64,000 nt of DNA from Nemertoderma westbladi. Taxonomy: Eukaryota > Animalia > Xenacoelomorpha. The notes under the pieces are model-generated. The model was given only the letters and a program-made list of their open reading frames with translations, did no database searches and was not told where the DNA came from. The translations under genes and the position numbers were made by a program. The stretch covers positions 19,530 through 83,529 of the forward strand of contig JAUCBJ010008784.1 in the NCBI GenBank assembly GCA_032718475.1, given 5' to 3'. This document shows, piece by piece, positions 47,885 through 62,518 of this stretch (positions within the stretch are counted from its first letter, which is position 1; the number at the start of each line of letters is the position of its first letter).

Positions 47885-49200
47885 TATAGGGAAAAAAAGT
47901 AGAACTTTTTTTCACTATTCTCGAGGCATTCAATTTACCGAGCAAAAGCGAGGTTTATAAGGGTCAATAAAATATTTCATTCTTAAATTGTTACTTTTTC
48001 GCTCGAATATACCCCAAAATCGGGAGAAAAAGTTTCACTTTTTTTCCCTAGGGAAAAAAAGTAACCCATAGGATTACATTGATTCTACTTTTTTTCCCGG
48101 CGAAAATAGTAAAGTAAAATATGTTTGGTGGAATTTCTTAAATATTATTACATATATTGAAAGAGCATCGACGTAGAAAAGGTTTGCAAGTAATTTGAGC
48201 AAAATCCATTCACACACTCAAAAGTTATTGCACGGACTCAATATCCAATATTGGTTTATGTAGTTAAGCGGCTCTCTAGTTACGTAGTAAATATTCGAGA
48301 ACACTAAATTATTTTAACATTCAGTAATGCAACATCGAAAGTTGAAGAGTACAATCCATTATTGAACTCGCAGTAACTATGGAAGCAATGTAGTAAAATA
48401 CTACAGTTCAATTTATTTTGTAACACTACTTCACTGTAGTATATTGCTATGTTTTATTAAAGAATCTAGCCACAAAAAAGTACCAATTTAAGAATAAAAT
48501 TACGTATTACATGGGAAAAAAACGTAGAACATTTCTTTTCAATATTCTCTCGGCCCTTTATTAACCTCGCTATCGCTCGGTAAATAAAATACCTCGAGAA
48601 TAATGAAAAGAAGTTCTACTTTTTCTCCCATGTAATAAATAATTATAAAAAAACGATATACGTTTTTTTCCCATGTAATACGTAATTTTATTCTTAAATT
48701 GGTACTTTTTTGTTGTTCAATACTTTAATAATAGATACACCGATATAGAGTTACAAAATAAATTGAACTGTAGTATTTTACTATATTGCTTCCATAGTTA
48801 CTAATGCTGCCTTAGTCAATGTTAAATAATTTAGTGTTCTAGAATATTTATTACCTAACTAGAGAGCCGATTAACTACATAAACCAATATTGGATATTGA
48901 GTTCCGTTTTGGAGTTCGCCTTGCAGACACTAAAGTTGCAATAACTTCTGAGTGTGTGAATGGATTTTGCTCTACTTTTCCACTTTGATGCAATTTCAAC
49001 AGATGCAATAAAATTTAAGAATTTCCACCAAAAATATTTTATTTTACTTTTTCGCCGGTTAAAAAAGTAAAATCAATGCAATCCTATTGTAGGTAAATCT
49101 TTTCCCTTGGGAAAAAATGTTCTCCTTTTTCACTCCCGATTTGGGGGTATATTCAGGCGAAAAAGTAACAATTTAAGAATAAAGTATTTAGTTGTCCTCT
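47885..49200. repeat. Intronic foldback: inverted copies of a non-autonomous element
   Basis: ~550-bp arms at ~47961-48526 and ~48659-49199; cctcgct..gctcgg-type motif also at ~44685. Confidence 0.8.
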
Positions 49201-49952
49201 TTAAATCCGCATAGCAAATTGATTTACTATTCCTTCTAAATGCGGATTATAAAGTCGGATAAAAAATTTATAATGTTACAAGTTTTCTTTTTGTGATTAT
49301 TTTGCATCAGATACCTGCAGTACTTGCAGTACTGCAGTACTTATATCGGCCAAATTTTGATACATTTCAAAATTATAAAATTCTACTTCTAGTTACCGAG
49401 TTATATCAATTGACAGGCCGGGATGAATCGCAACTCATTGTACAAGTTTTTCTTAAACATCACTAATTTGCGACTTTTCTTTCCTAAATGTCCTTTTTGT
49501 AGAGTGGTTTGTATTATGGCTTATGCAAATTTACGTATAATTTTTTGAATAAATATGTGTTCGCAAAATTAATTTTTCGACTTTTTGGTGGCATTGGCAA
49601 GAGAGTGTTTTGGATTGATTGCCAATAACTTTTGGGTATTATGCTATATACAGTAGACTCGACTCAATTATAAGTTTTTGGGAGCATTTTAATAAAAAAA
49701 ATTAGGATTTTAACAGTGAGTTTAACTATGGTATACTCTTTTAACCTGTTTTCGCCAGCCGCATTGCACATTGGCCTTATACTCCCTACTCTTTTAACCT
49801 TATTTCCCTGCCGTATTAACCTTGCTTATTGCCCACCGTATTAACTTAGTTTCCCTACTGTTTTAACTTTATTTCTCTGCTGAATTATCTTTATTCCCAC
49901 ATTAACCTTATTTTCCTTTATTACCAATTACATTAACTTTATGTTGTTTTAG

Positions 49953-50735
49953 GTGGCGGAATCGCTGGTTGCCGAGTCAAATATAAACCTATCGGAGGAT
50001 GAGAAACAACCGTTCCTCGAGATAAACTGCATCGTATTGTCATTGCGGAACGGGGAACTGGAACCTGCGTTGCGTTGGACCGAGTCCCACCGCGAGGCGT
50101 TACTCGAACTCGGAAGTTCTCTCGAGTTTAAACTCTACCGACTCCGATTCATCGAGCTGCTCGTCGCCGGATCCGTCGCTCCGATCGAGTTGATCCGGGC
50201 CGCTCGCGAGTTCCAACGCTTCGCCGAGCGCCACTCGGACGACATCCGCTCGCTGATGGGCTGTCTGCTGCACGTAGGGGACGTAGAGAGTCTGCGGCGT
50301 CGGTACCGGATCGACGTGTCCGCCGCTTGGCGGGACGTTACGTCCCGGTTCGAGCGGGACGCCTGCTCCCTCCTCGGTCTCCCCTCCGACTCGCCCCTCT
50401 CCGTCGCAATCTCCGCCGGTTGCGTCGCCCTCCCCGCGCTGCTGAACATCCACTCCGTGATGCAACAACGGCAGGTCGCCGGTATGCTGCCGTCCCACGA
50501 ACTCCCCATAGAGGTGGATCTGGGCGCCGCCCATCGGTTCCACTCAGTGTTCGCCTGTCCCATTCTCAGACAACAGGTCTCCGACTCCAACCCGCCAATG
50601 AGACTCGTCTGTGGTCACGTGATCTCACGAGACTCACTCAATAAACTTATAAACGGTAATAAATCCCGGATTAAGTGCCCTTACTGTCCCGTGGAACAGG
50701 CGGTAGGCGATGCAAAGCAAATATACTTTTGGTGA
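49953..50735 (+). CDS. RMND5: RMND5 exon 2
   Basis: TTTTAG acceptor; SSLEFKLYRLRFI, ELPIEVDL, FHSVFACPILRQQ, CGHVIS, KCPYCP. Joined protein is 392 aa. Confidence 0.95.
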   Translation: MAESLVAESNINLSEDEKQPFLEINCIVLSLRNGELEPALRWTESHREALLELGSSLEFKLYRLRFIELLVAGSVAPIELIRAAREFQRFAERHSDDIRSLMGCLLHVGDVESLRRRYRIDVSAAWRDVTSRFERDACSLLGLPSDSPLSVAISAGCVALPALLNIHSVMQQRQVAGMLPSHELPIEVDLGAAHRFHSVFACPILRQQVSDSNPPMRLVCGHVISRDSLNKLINGNKSRIKCPYCPVEQAVGDAKQIYFW

Positions 50736-51088
50736 ATTTATTTTAACTAACTTTTATAGAAGTATTTATTTATCTTATATTGTAATTATGTATCTTGAAT
50801 GCCTGTAATATATTTCGTGAATGGCACTCTTACGTGTCGTGTAGGTAATAAAAATAAGCGGGATATATAATGGAGCCGTTAAACAATTTCTGAACAATTA
50901 CTAGACCTTAGCATTATTGTATCAATTAAGGGAGAGTAACAGGTTAGAGAGGCAGGCTTATCAAACCAAAACAATAAACGAGAGGTAATATCACGCATTA
51001 CAGTGGCGGCGGAGGGATATCCGAACCAAAACAATAAACGACAGTAATTGCTCGTTCCTATCCATCTTGTTGCTAAAAAACATATTTC

Positions 51089-54000
51089 AGGTACTGGCTC
51101 AGATAGATTTATAGTACAAACTTTATAGGAACTGGCTCAGATAGATTTATAGTACAAACTTTATAGGAACTGGCTCAGATAGATTTATAGTACAAACTTT
51201 ATAGGAACTGGCTCAGATAGATTTATAGTACAAACTTTATAGGAACTGGCTCAGATAGATTTATAGTACAAACTTTATAGGAACTGGCTCAGATAGATTT
51301 ATAGTACAAACTTTATAGGAACTGGCTCAGATAGATTTATAGTACAAACTTTATAGGAACTGGCTCAGATAGATTTATAGTACAAACTTTATAGGAACTG
51401 GCTCAGATAGATTTATAGTACAAACTTTATAGGAACTGGCTCAGATAGATTTATAGTACAAACTTTATAGGAACTGGCTCAGATAGATTTATAGTACAAA
51501 CTTTATACGAACTGGCTCAGATAGATTTATAGTACAAACTTTATAGGAACTGGCTCAGATAGATTTATAGTACAAACTTTATAGGAACTGGCTCAGATAG
51601 ATTTATAGTACAAACTTTATAGGTACTGGCTCAGATAGATTTATAGTACAAACTTTATAGGAACTGGCTCAGATAGATTTATAGTACAAACTTTATAGGT
51701 ACTGGCTCAGATAGATTTATAATACAAACTTTATAGGAACTGGCTCAGATAGATTTATAGTACCAACTTTATAGGAACTGGCTCAGATAGATTTATAGTA
51801 CAAACTTTATAGGTACTGGCTCAGATAGATTTATAGTACAAACTTTATAGGAACTGGCTCAGATAGATTTATAGTACAAACTTTATAGGTACTGGCTCAG
51901 ATAGATTTATAGTACAAACTTTATAGGAACTGGCTCAGATAGATTTATAGTACAAACTTTATACGAACTGGCTCAGATAGATTTATAATACAAACTTTAT
52001 AGGAACTGGCTCAGATAGATTTATAGTACCAACTTTATAGGAACTGGCTCAGATAGATTTATAGTACAAACTTTATAGGAACTGGCTCAGATAGATTTAT
52101 AGTACAAACTTTATAGTAACTGGCTCAGATAGATTTATAGTACAAACTTTATAGGAACTGGCTCAGATAGATTTATAGTACAAACTTTATAGGAACTGGC
52201 TCAGATAGATTTATAGTACAAACTTTATAGGAACTGGCTCAGATAGATTTATAGTACAAACTTTATAGGAACTGGCTCAGATAGATTTATAGTACAAACT
52301 TTATAGGAACTGGCTCAGATAGATTTATAGTACAAACTTTATAGGAACTGGCTCAGATAGATTTATAGTACAAACTTTATACGAACTGGCTCAGATAGAT
52401 TTATAGTACAAACTTTATAGGAACTGGCTCAGATAGATTTATAGTACAAACTTTATAGGAACTGGCTCAGATAGATTTATAGTACAAACTTTATAGGTAC
52501 TGGCTCAGATAGATTTATAGTACAAACTTTATAGGAACTGGCTCAGATAGATTTATAGTACAAACTTTATAGGTACTGGCTCAGATAGATTTATAATACA
52601 AACTTTATAGGAACTGGCTCAGATAGATTTATAGTACCAACTTTATAGGAACTGGCTCAGATAGATTTATAGTACAAACTTTATAGGTACTGGCTCAGAT
52701 AGATTTATAGTACAAACTTTATAGGAACTGGCTCAGATAGATTTATAGTACAAACTTTATAGGAACTGGCTCAGATAGATTTATAGTACAAACTTTATAG
52801 GAACTGGCTCAGATAGATTTATAGTACAAACTTTATAGGTACTGGCTCAGATAGATTTATAGTACAAACTTTATAGGAACTGGCTCAGATAGATTTATAG
52901 TACAAACTTTATAGGTACTGGCTCAGATAGATTTATAGTACAAACTTTATAGGAACTGGCTCAGATAGATTTATAGTACAAACTTTATACGAACTGGCTC
53001 AGATAGATTTATAATACAAACTTTATAGGAACTGGCTCAGATAGATTTATAGTACAAACTTTATAGGTACTGGCTCAGATAGATTTATAGTACAAACTTT
53101 ATAGGAACTGGCTCAGATAGATTTATAGTACAAACTTTATAGGTACTGGCTCAGATAGATTTATAATACAAACTTTATAGGAACTGGCTCAGATAGATTT
53201 ATAGTACCAACTTTATAGGAACTGGCTCAGATAGATTTATAGTACAAACTTTATAGGTACTGGCTCAGATAGATTTATAGTACAAACTTTATAGGTACTG
53301 GCTCAGATAGATTTATAGTACAAACTTTATAGGTACTGGCTCAGATAGATTTATAGTACAAACTTTATAGGAACTGGCTCAGATAGATTTATAGTACAAA
53401 CTTTATAGGAACTGGCTCAGATAGATTTATAGTACAAACTTTATAGGAACTGGCTCAGATAGATTTATAGTACAAACTTTATAGGTACTGGCTCAGATAG
53501 ATTTATAGTACAAACTTTATAGGAACTGGCTCAGATAGATTTATAGTACAAACTTTATAGGTACTGGCTCAGATAGATTTATAGTACAAACTTTATAGGA
53601 ACTGGCTCAGATAGATTTATAGTACAAACTTTATAGGAACTGGCTCAGATAGATTTATAGTACAAACTTTATAGGTACTGGCTCAGATAGATTTATAGTA
53701 CAAACTTTATAGGAACTGGCTCAGATAGATTTATAGTACAAACTTTATAGGAACTGGCTCAGATAGATTTATAGTACAAACTTTATAGGAACTGGCTCAG
53801 ATAGATTTATAGTACAAACTTTATAGGTACTGGCTCAGATAGATTTATAGTACAAACTTTATAGGAACTGGCTCAGATAGATTTATAGTACAAACTTTAT
53901 AGGAACTGGCTCAGATAGATTTATAGTACAAACTTTATAGGAACTGGCTCAGATAGATTTATAGTACAAACTTTATAGGAACTGGCTCAGATAGATTTAT

Positions 54001-57000
54001 AGTACAAACTTTATAGGTACTGGCTCAGATAGATTTATAGTACAAACTTTATAGGAACTGGCTCAGATAGATTTATAGTACAAACTTTATAGGAACTGGC
54101 TCAGATAGATTTATAGTACAAACTTTATAGGAACTGGCTCAGATAGATTTATAGTACAAACTTTATAGGAACTGGCTCAGATAGATTTATAGTACAAACT
54201 TTATAGGAACTGGCTCAGATAGATTTATAGTACAAACTTTATAGGAACTGGCTCAGATAGATTTATAGTACAAACTTTATAGGTACTGGCTCAGATAGAT
54301 TTATAGTACAAACTTTATAGGAACTGGCTCAGATAGATTTATAGTACAAACTTTATAGGAACTGGCTCAGATAGATTTATAGTACAAACTTTATAGGAAC
54401 TGGCTCAGATAGATTTATAGTACAAACTTTATAGGAACTGGCTCAGATAGATTTATAGTACAAACTTTATAGGTACTGGCTCAGATAGATTTATAGTACA
54501 AACTTTATAGGAACTGGCTCAGATAGATTTATAGTACAAACTTTATAGGAACTGGCTCAGATAGATTTATAGTACAAACTTTATAGGAACTGGCTCAGAT
54601 AGATTTATAGTACAAACTTTATAGGAACTGGCTCAGATAGATTTATAGTACAAACTTTATAGGAACTGGCTCAGATAGATTTATAGTACAAACTTTATAG
54701 GTACTGGCTCAGATAGATTTATAGTACAAACTTTATAGGTACTGGCTCAGATAGATTTATAGTACAAACTTTATAGGAACTGGCTCAGATAGATTTATAG
54801 TACAAACTTTATACGAACTGGCTCAGATAGATTTATAGTACAAACTTTATAGGTACTGGCTCAGATAGATTTATAGTACAAACTTTATAGGTACTGGCTC
54901 AGATAGATTTATAGTACAAACTTTATAGGAACTGGCTCAGATAGATTTATAGTACAAACTTTATAGGAACTGGCTCAGATAGATTTATAGTACAAACTTT
55001 ATAGGTACTGGCTCAGATAGATTTATAGTACAAACTTTATAGGAACTGGCTCAGATAGATTTATAGTACAAACTTTATAGGAACTGGCTCAGATAGATTT
55101 ATAGTACAAACTTTATAGGAACTGGCTCAGATAGATTTATAGTACAAACTTTATAGGTACTGGCTCAGATAGATTTATAGTACAAACTTTATAGGTACTG
55201 GCTCAGATAGATTTATAGTACAAACTTTATAGGAACTGGCTCAGATAGATTTATAGTACAAACTTTATAGGAACTGGCTCAGATAGATTTATAGTACAAA
55301 CTTTATAGGAACTGGCTCAGATAGATTTATAGTACAAACTTTATAGGAACTGGCTCAGATAGATTTATAGTACAAACTTTATAGGAACTGGCTCAGATAG
55401 ATTTATAGTACAAACTTTATAGGAACTGGCTCAGATAGATTTATAGTACAAACTTTATAGGTACTGGCTCAGATAGATTTATAGTACAAACTTTATAGGA
55501 ACTGGCTCAGATAGATTTATAGTACAAACTTTATAGGAACTGGCTCAGATAGATTTATAGTACAAACTTTATAGGTACTGGCTCAGATAGATTTATAGTA
55601 CAAACTTTATAGGAACTGGCTCAGATAGATTTATAGTACAAACTTTATAGGAACTGGCTCAGATAGATTTATAGTACAAACTTTATAGGAACTGGCTCAG
55701 ATAGATTTATAGTACAAACTTTATAGGAACTGGCTCAGATAGATTTATAGTACAAACTTTATAGGAACTGGCTCAGATAGATTTATAGTACAAACTTTAT
55801 AGGAACTGGCTCAGATAGATTTATAGTACAAACTTTATAGGAACTGGCTCAGATAGATTTATAGTACAAACTTTATAGGAACTGGCTCAGATAGATTTAT
55901 AGTACAAACTTTATAGGAACTGGCTCAGATAGATTTATAGTACAAACTTTATAGGTACTGGCTCAGATAGATTTATAGTACAAACTTTATAGGAACTGGC
56001 TCAGATAGATTTATAGTACAAACTTTATAGGAACTGGCTCAGATAGATTTATAGTACAAACTTTATAGGAACTGGCTCAGATAGATTTATAGTACAAACT
56101 TTATAGGAACTGGCTCAGATAGATTTATAGTACAAACTTTATAGGTACTGGCTCAGATAGATTTATAGTACAAACTTTATAGGAACTGGCTCAGATAGAT
56201 TTATAGTACAAACTTTATAGGAACTGGCTCAGATAGATTTATAGTACAAACTTTATAGGAACTGGCTCAGATAGATTTATAGTACAAACTTTATAGGAAC
56301 TGGCTCAGATAGATTTATAGTACAAACTTTATAGGAACTGGCTCAGATAGATTTATAGTACAAACTTTATAGGTACTGGCTCAGATAGATTTATAGTACA
56401 AACTTTATAGGAACTGGCTCAGATAGATTTATAGTACAAACTTTATAGGAACTGGCTCAGATAGATTTATAGTACAAACTTTATAGGTACTGGCTCAGAT
56501 AGATTTATAGTACAAACTTTATAGGAACTGGCTCAGATAGATTTATAGTACAAACTTTATAGGAACTGGCTCAGATAGATTTATAGTACAAACTTTATAG
56601 GTACTGGCTCAGATAGATTTATAGTACAAACTTTATAGGAACTGGCTCAGATAGATTTATAGTACAAACTTTATAGGAACTGGCTCAGATAGATTTATAG
56701 TACAAACTTTATAGGAACTGGCTCAGATAGATTTATAGTACAAACTTTATAGGAACTGGCTCAGATAGATTTATAGTACAAACTTTATAGGAACTGGCTC
56801 AGATAGATTTATAGTACAAACTTTATAGGAACTGGCTCAGATAGATTTATAGTACAAACTTTATAGGAACTGGCTCAGATAGATTTATAGTACAAACTTT
56901 ATAGGAACTGGCTCAGATAGATTTATAGTACAAACTTTATAGGAACTGGCTCAGATAGATTTATAGTACAAACTTTATAGGAACTGGCTCAGATAGATTT

Positions 57001-60000
57001 ATAGTACAAACTTTATAGGAACTGGCTCAGATAGATTTATAGTACAAACTTTATAGGTACTGGCTCAGATAGATTTATAGTACAAACTTTATAGGAACTG
57101 GCTCAGATAGATTTATAGTACAAACTTTATAGGAACTGGCTCAGATAGATTTATAGTACAAACTTTATAGGAACTGGCTCAGATAGATTTATAGTACAAA
57201 CTTTATAGGAACTGGCTCAGATAGATTTATAGTACAAACTTTATAGGAACTGGCTCAGATAGATTTATAGTACAAACTTTATAGGAACTGGCTCAGATAG
57301 ATTTATAGTACAAACTTTATAGGTACTGGCTCAGATAGATTTATAGTACAAACTTTATAGGAACTGGCTCAGATAGATTTATAGTACAAACTTTATAGGA
57401 ACTGGCTCAGATAGATTTATAGTACAAACTTTATAGGAACTGGCTCAGATAGATTTATAGTACAAACTTTATAGGTACTGGCTCAGATAGATTTATAGTA
57501 CAAACTTTATAGGAACTGGCTCAGATAGATTTATAGTACAAACTTTATAGGAACTGGCTCAGATAGATTTATAGTACAAACTTTATAGGAACTGGCTCAG
57601 ATAGATTTATAGTACAAACTTTATAGGAACTGGCTCAGATAGATTTATAGTACAAACTTTATAGGAACTGGCTCAGATAGATTTATAGTACAAACTTTAT
57701 AGGTACTGGCTCAGATAGATTTATAGTACAAACTTTATAGGAACTGGCTCAGATAGATTTATAGTACAAACTTTATAGGAACTGGCTCAGATAGATTTAT
57801 AGTACAAACTTTATAGGAACTGGCTCAGATAGATTTATAGTACAAACTTTATAGGAACTGGCTCAGATAGATTTATAGTACAAACTTTATAGGAACTGGC
57901 TCAGATAGATTTATAGTACAAACTTTATAGGTACTGGCTCAGATAGATTTATAGTACAAACTTTATAGGAACTGGCTCAGATAGATTTATAGTACAAACT
58001 TTATAGGTACTGGCTCAGATAGATTTATAGTACAAACTTTATAGGAACTGGCTCAGATAGATTTATAGTACAAACTTTATAGGTACTGGCTCAGATAGAT
58101 TTATAGTACAAACTTTATAGGAACTGGCTCAGATAGATTTATAGTACAAACTTTATAGGTACTGGCTCAGATAGATTTATAGTACAAACTTTATAGGAAC
58201 TGGCTCAGATAGATTTATAGTACAAACTTTATAGGTACTGGCTCAGATAGATTTATAGTACAAACTTTATAGGAACTGGCTCAGATAGATTTATAGTACA
58301 AACTTTATAGGTACTGGCTCAGATAGATTTATAGTACAAACTTTATAGGTACTGGCTCAGATAGATTTATAGTACAAACTTTATAGGAACTGGCTCAGAT
58401 AGATTTATAGTACAAACTTTATAGGAACTGGCTCAGATAGATTTATAGTACAAACTTTATAGGAACTGGCTCAGATAGATTTATAGTACAAACTTTATAG
58501 GTACTGGCTCAGATAGATTTATAGTACAAACTTTATAGGAACTGGCTCAGATAGATTTATAGTACAAACTTTATAGGTACTGGCTCAGATAGATTTATAG
58601 TACAAACTTTATAGGTACTGGCTCAGATAGATTTATAGTACAAACTTTATAGGAACTGGCTCAGATAGATTTATAGTACAAACTTTATAGGAACTGGCTC
58701 AGATAGATTTATAGTACAAACTTTATAGGTACTGGCTCAGATAGATTTATAGTACAAACTTTATAGGAACTGGCTCAGATAGATTTATAGTACAAACTTT
58801 ATAGGAACTGGCTCAGATAGATTTATAGTACAAACTTTATAGGAACTGGCTCAGATAGATTTATAGTACAAACTTTATAGGAACTGGCTCAGATAGATTT
58901 ATAGTACAAACTTTATAGGAACTGGCTCAGATAGATTTATAGTACAAACTTTATAGGAACTGGCTCAGATAGATTTATAGTACAAACTTTATAGGAACTG
59001 GCTCAGATAGATTTATAGTACAAACTTTATAGGTACTGGCTCAGATAGATTTATAGTACAAACTTTATAGGTACTGGCTCAGATAGATTTATAGTACAAA
59101 CTTTATAGGAACTGGCTCAGATAGATTTATAGTACAAACTTTATAGGTACTGGCTCAGATAGATTTATAGTACAAACTTTATAGGAACTGGCTCAGATAG
59201 ATTTATAGTACAAACTTTATAGGAACTGGCTCAGATAGATTTATAGTACAAACTTTATAGGAACTGGCTCAGATAGATTTATAGTACAAACTTTATAGGT
59301 ACTGGCTCAGATAGATTTATAGTACAAACTTTATAGGAACTGGCTCAGATAGATTTATAGTACAAACTTTATAGGAACTGGCTCAGATAGATTTATAGTA
59401 CAAACTTTATAGGAACTGGCTCAGATAGATTTATAGTACAAACTTTATAGGTACTGGCTCAGATAGATTTATAGTACAAACTTTATAGGAACTGGCTCAG
59501 ATAGATTTATAGTACAAACTTTATAGGTACTGGCTCAGATAGATTTATAGTACAAACTTTATAGGAACTGGCTCAGATAGATTTATAGTACAAACTTTAT
59601 AGGAACTGGCTCAGATAGATTTATAGTACAAACTTTATAGGTACTGGCTCAGATAGATTTATAGTACAAACTTTATAGGAACTGGCTCAGATAGATTTAT
59701 AGTACAAACTTTATAGGTACTGGCTCAGATAGATTTATAGTACAAACTTTATAGGAACTGGCTCAGATAGATTTATAGTACAAACTTTATAGGTACTGGC
59801 TCAGATAGATTTATAGTACAAACTTTATAGGAACTGGCTCAGATAGATTTATAGTACAAACTTTATAGGAACTGGCTCAGATAGATTTATAGTACAAACT
59901 TTATAGGTACTGGCTCAGATAGATTTATAGTACAAACTTTATAGGAACTGGCTCAGATAGATTTATAGTACAAACTTTATAGGAACTGGCTCAGATAGAT

Positions 60001-61752
60001 TTATAGTACAAACTTTATAGGAACTGGCTCAGATAGATTTATAGTACAAACTTTATAGGTACTGGCTCAGATAGATTTATAGTACAAACTTTATAGGAAC
60101 TGGCTCAGATAGATTTATAGTACAAACTTTATAGGAACTGGCTCAGATAGATTTATAGTACAAACTTTATAGGAACTGGCTCAGATAGATTTATAGTACA
60201 AACTTTATAGGTACTGGCTCAGATAGATTTATAGTACAAACTTTATAGGAACTGGCTCAGATAGATTTATAGTACAAACTTTATAGGAACTGGCTCAGAT
60301 AGATTTATAGTACAAACTTTATAGGAACTGGCTCAGATAGATTTATAGTACAAACTTTATAGGTACTGGCTCAGATAGATTTATAGTACAAACTTTATAG
60401 GAACTGGCTCAGATAGATTTATAGTACAAACTTTATAGGTACTGGCTCAGATAGATTTATAGTACAAACTTTATAGGAACTGGCTCAGATAGATTTATAG
60501 TACAAACTTTATAGGAACTGGCTCAGATAGATTTATAGTACAAACTTTATAGGAACTGGCTCAGATAGATTTATAGTACAAACTTTATAGGTACTGGCTC
60601 AGATAGATTTATAGTACAAACTTTATAGGTACTGGCTCAGATAGATTTATAGTACAAACTTTATAGGTACTGGCTCAGATAGATTTATAGTACAAACTTT
60701 ATAGGTACTGGCTCAGATAGATTTATAGTACAAACTTTATAGGTACTGGCTCAGATAGATTTATAGTACAAACTTTATAGGAACTGGCTCAGATAGATTT
60801 ATAGTACAAACTTTATAGGAACTGGCTCAGATAGATTTATAGTACAAACTTTATAGGAACTGGCTCAGATAGATTTATAGTACAAACTTTATAGGTACTG
60901 GCTCAGATAGATTTATAGTACAAACTTTATAGGTACTGGCTCAGATAGATTTATAGTACAAACTTTATAGGTACTGGCTCAGATAGATTTATAGTACAAA
61001 CTTTATAGGAACTGGCTCAGATAGATTTATAGTACAAACTTTATAGGAACTGGCTCAGATAGATTTATAGTACAAACTTTATAGGTACTGGCTCAGATAG
61101 ATTTATAGTACAAACTTTATAGGTACTGGCTCAGATAGATTTATAGTACAAACTTTATAGGAACTGGCTCAGATAGATTTATAGTACAAACTTTATAGGT
61201 ACTGGCTCAGATAGATTTATAGTACAAACTTTATAGGTACTGGCTCAGATAGATTTATAGTACAAACTTTATAGGTACTGGCTCAGATAGATTTATAGTA
61301 CAAACTTTATAGGTACTGGCTCAGATAGATTTATAGTACAAACTTTATAGGAACTGGCTCAGATAGATTTATAGTACAAACTTTATAGGTACTGGCTCAG
61401 ATAGATTTATAGTACAAACTTTATAGGTACTGGCTCAGATAGATTTATAGTACAAACTTTATAGGTACTGGCTCAGATAGATTTATAGTACAAACTTTAT
61501 AGGTACTGGCTCAGATAGATTTATAGTACAAACTTTATAGGTACTGGCTCAGATAGATTTATAGTACAAACTTTATAGGAACTGGCTCAGATAGATTTAT
61601 AGTACAAACTTTATAGGAACTGGCTCAGATAGATTTATAGTACAAACTTTATAGGTACTGGCTCAGATAGATTTATAGTACAAACTTTATAGGAACTGGC
61701 TCAGATAGATTTATAGTACAAACTTTATAGGAACTGGCTCAGATAGATTTAT
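51089..61752. repeat. 38-bp tandem satellite (~280 copies)
   Basis: Unit aggaactggctcagatagatttatagtacaaactttat, with an A/T variant (gGAAc/gGTAc). Confidence 0.98.
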
Positions 61753-62518
61753 CTCGATAAACTTTACAACATATATAAAATTTGGCTTCAAAGATTTGCG
61801 ACAAAATTACGATTCGCAATATAAATTTGGCTCTTATAGTAGTTAACTTGGTGTAGACCTTGAGTGTAACATTTTTTTTTTTGGGGGGGGGGGGGGGTAT
61901 ACCCCCCCTCAGGTAAAATTTTCAAATTGTTGTTTCTTTATTTCATCTAGAGCAGAATTTAATGAGGAATACAAATCTGAAAACCGCTTAGTGAGACCTC
62001 TTTCAGTTCTCGAGTTATCACTGTTTTTCCGTATGACGGTCTGTCCGTCAAATTGTAAGAAAGACAGAAGACCGACATACAGACAGATAGACTAGATTCC
62101 ACCAAAAATTAAAACCGACATCGGAAATGAAATCAGCGACCCCGAAAACCCCCGTGGCTCATTCCATGAAAAGGTCAACCTCCCCACTAATTTCTAAAAA
62201 TGAGATGTAGCTTTGAATTTATACTTATTTTAGGTCAAAATTTATCGTACTTTATGATTTCAGTGCTAAAAATTGTATCAACACAGGTGGTTTATCAAAA
62301 ATAGTCGAATTACAAATTATGCACCTGCTCTGCACAAAATGTGAATAAAAGTGTGCAAAAGTTTCGTTTCCTGTAGGCACTTCCTATGACCAATAAATTA
62401 ACCTTTCTGAGCATGTACCAAATCAAAAACAAACCCATTTTCGAATTTTTTTGGTTTCATTTAATTTCACCAGTGTTTCATTCCTCTGTAATGAAATCGA
62501 TAAAGTTAATCTTGTGAT

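Noticed and set aside
45650-50644. Antisense and alternative-frame ORFs over the RMND5 exons (likewise over PSMD13 and RPAP1)
   Set aside because: Shadow ORFs of GC-rich coding exons.
51089-61752. CRISPR array (38-bp repeats)
   Set aside because: Head-to-tail units with no unique spacers, no cas genes, and a eukaryotic context. The same applies to the 45-bp array.
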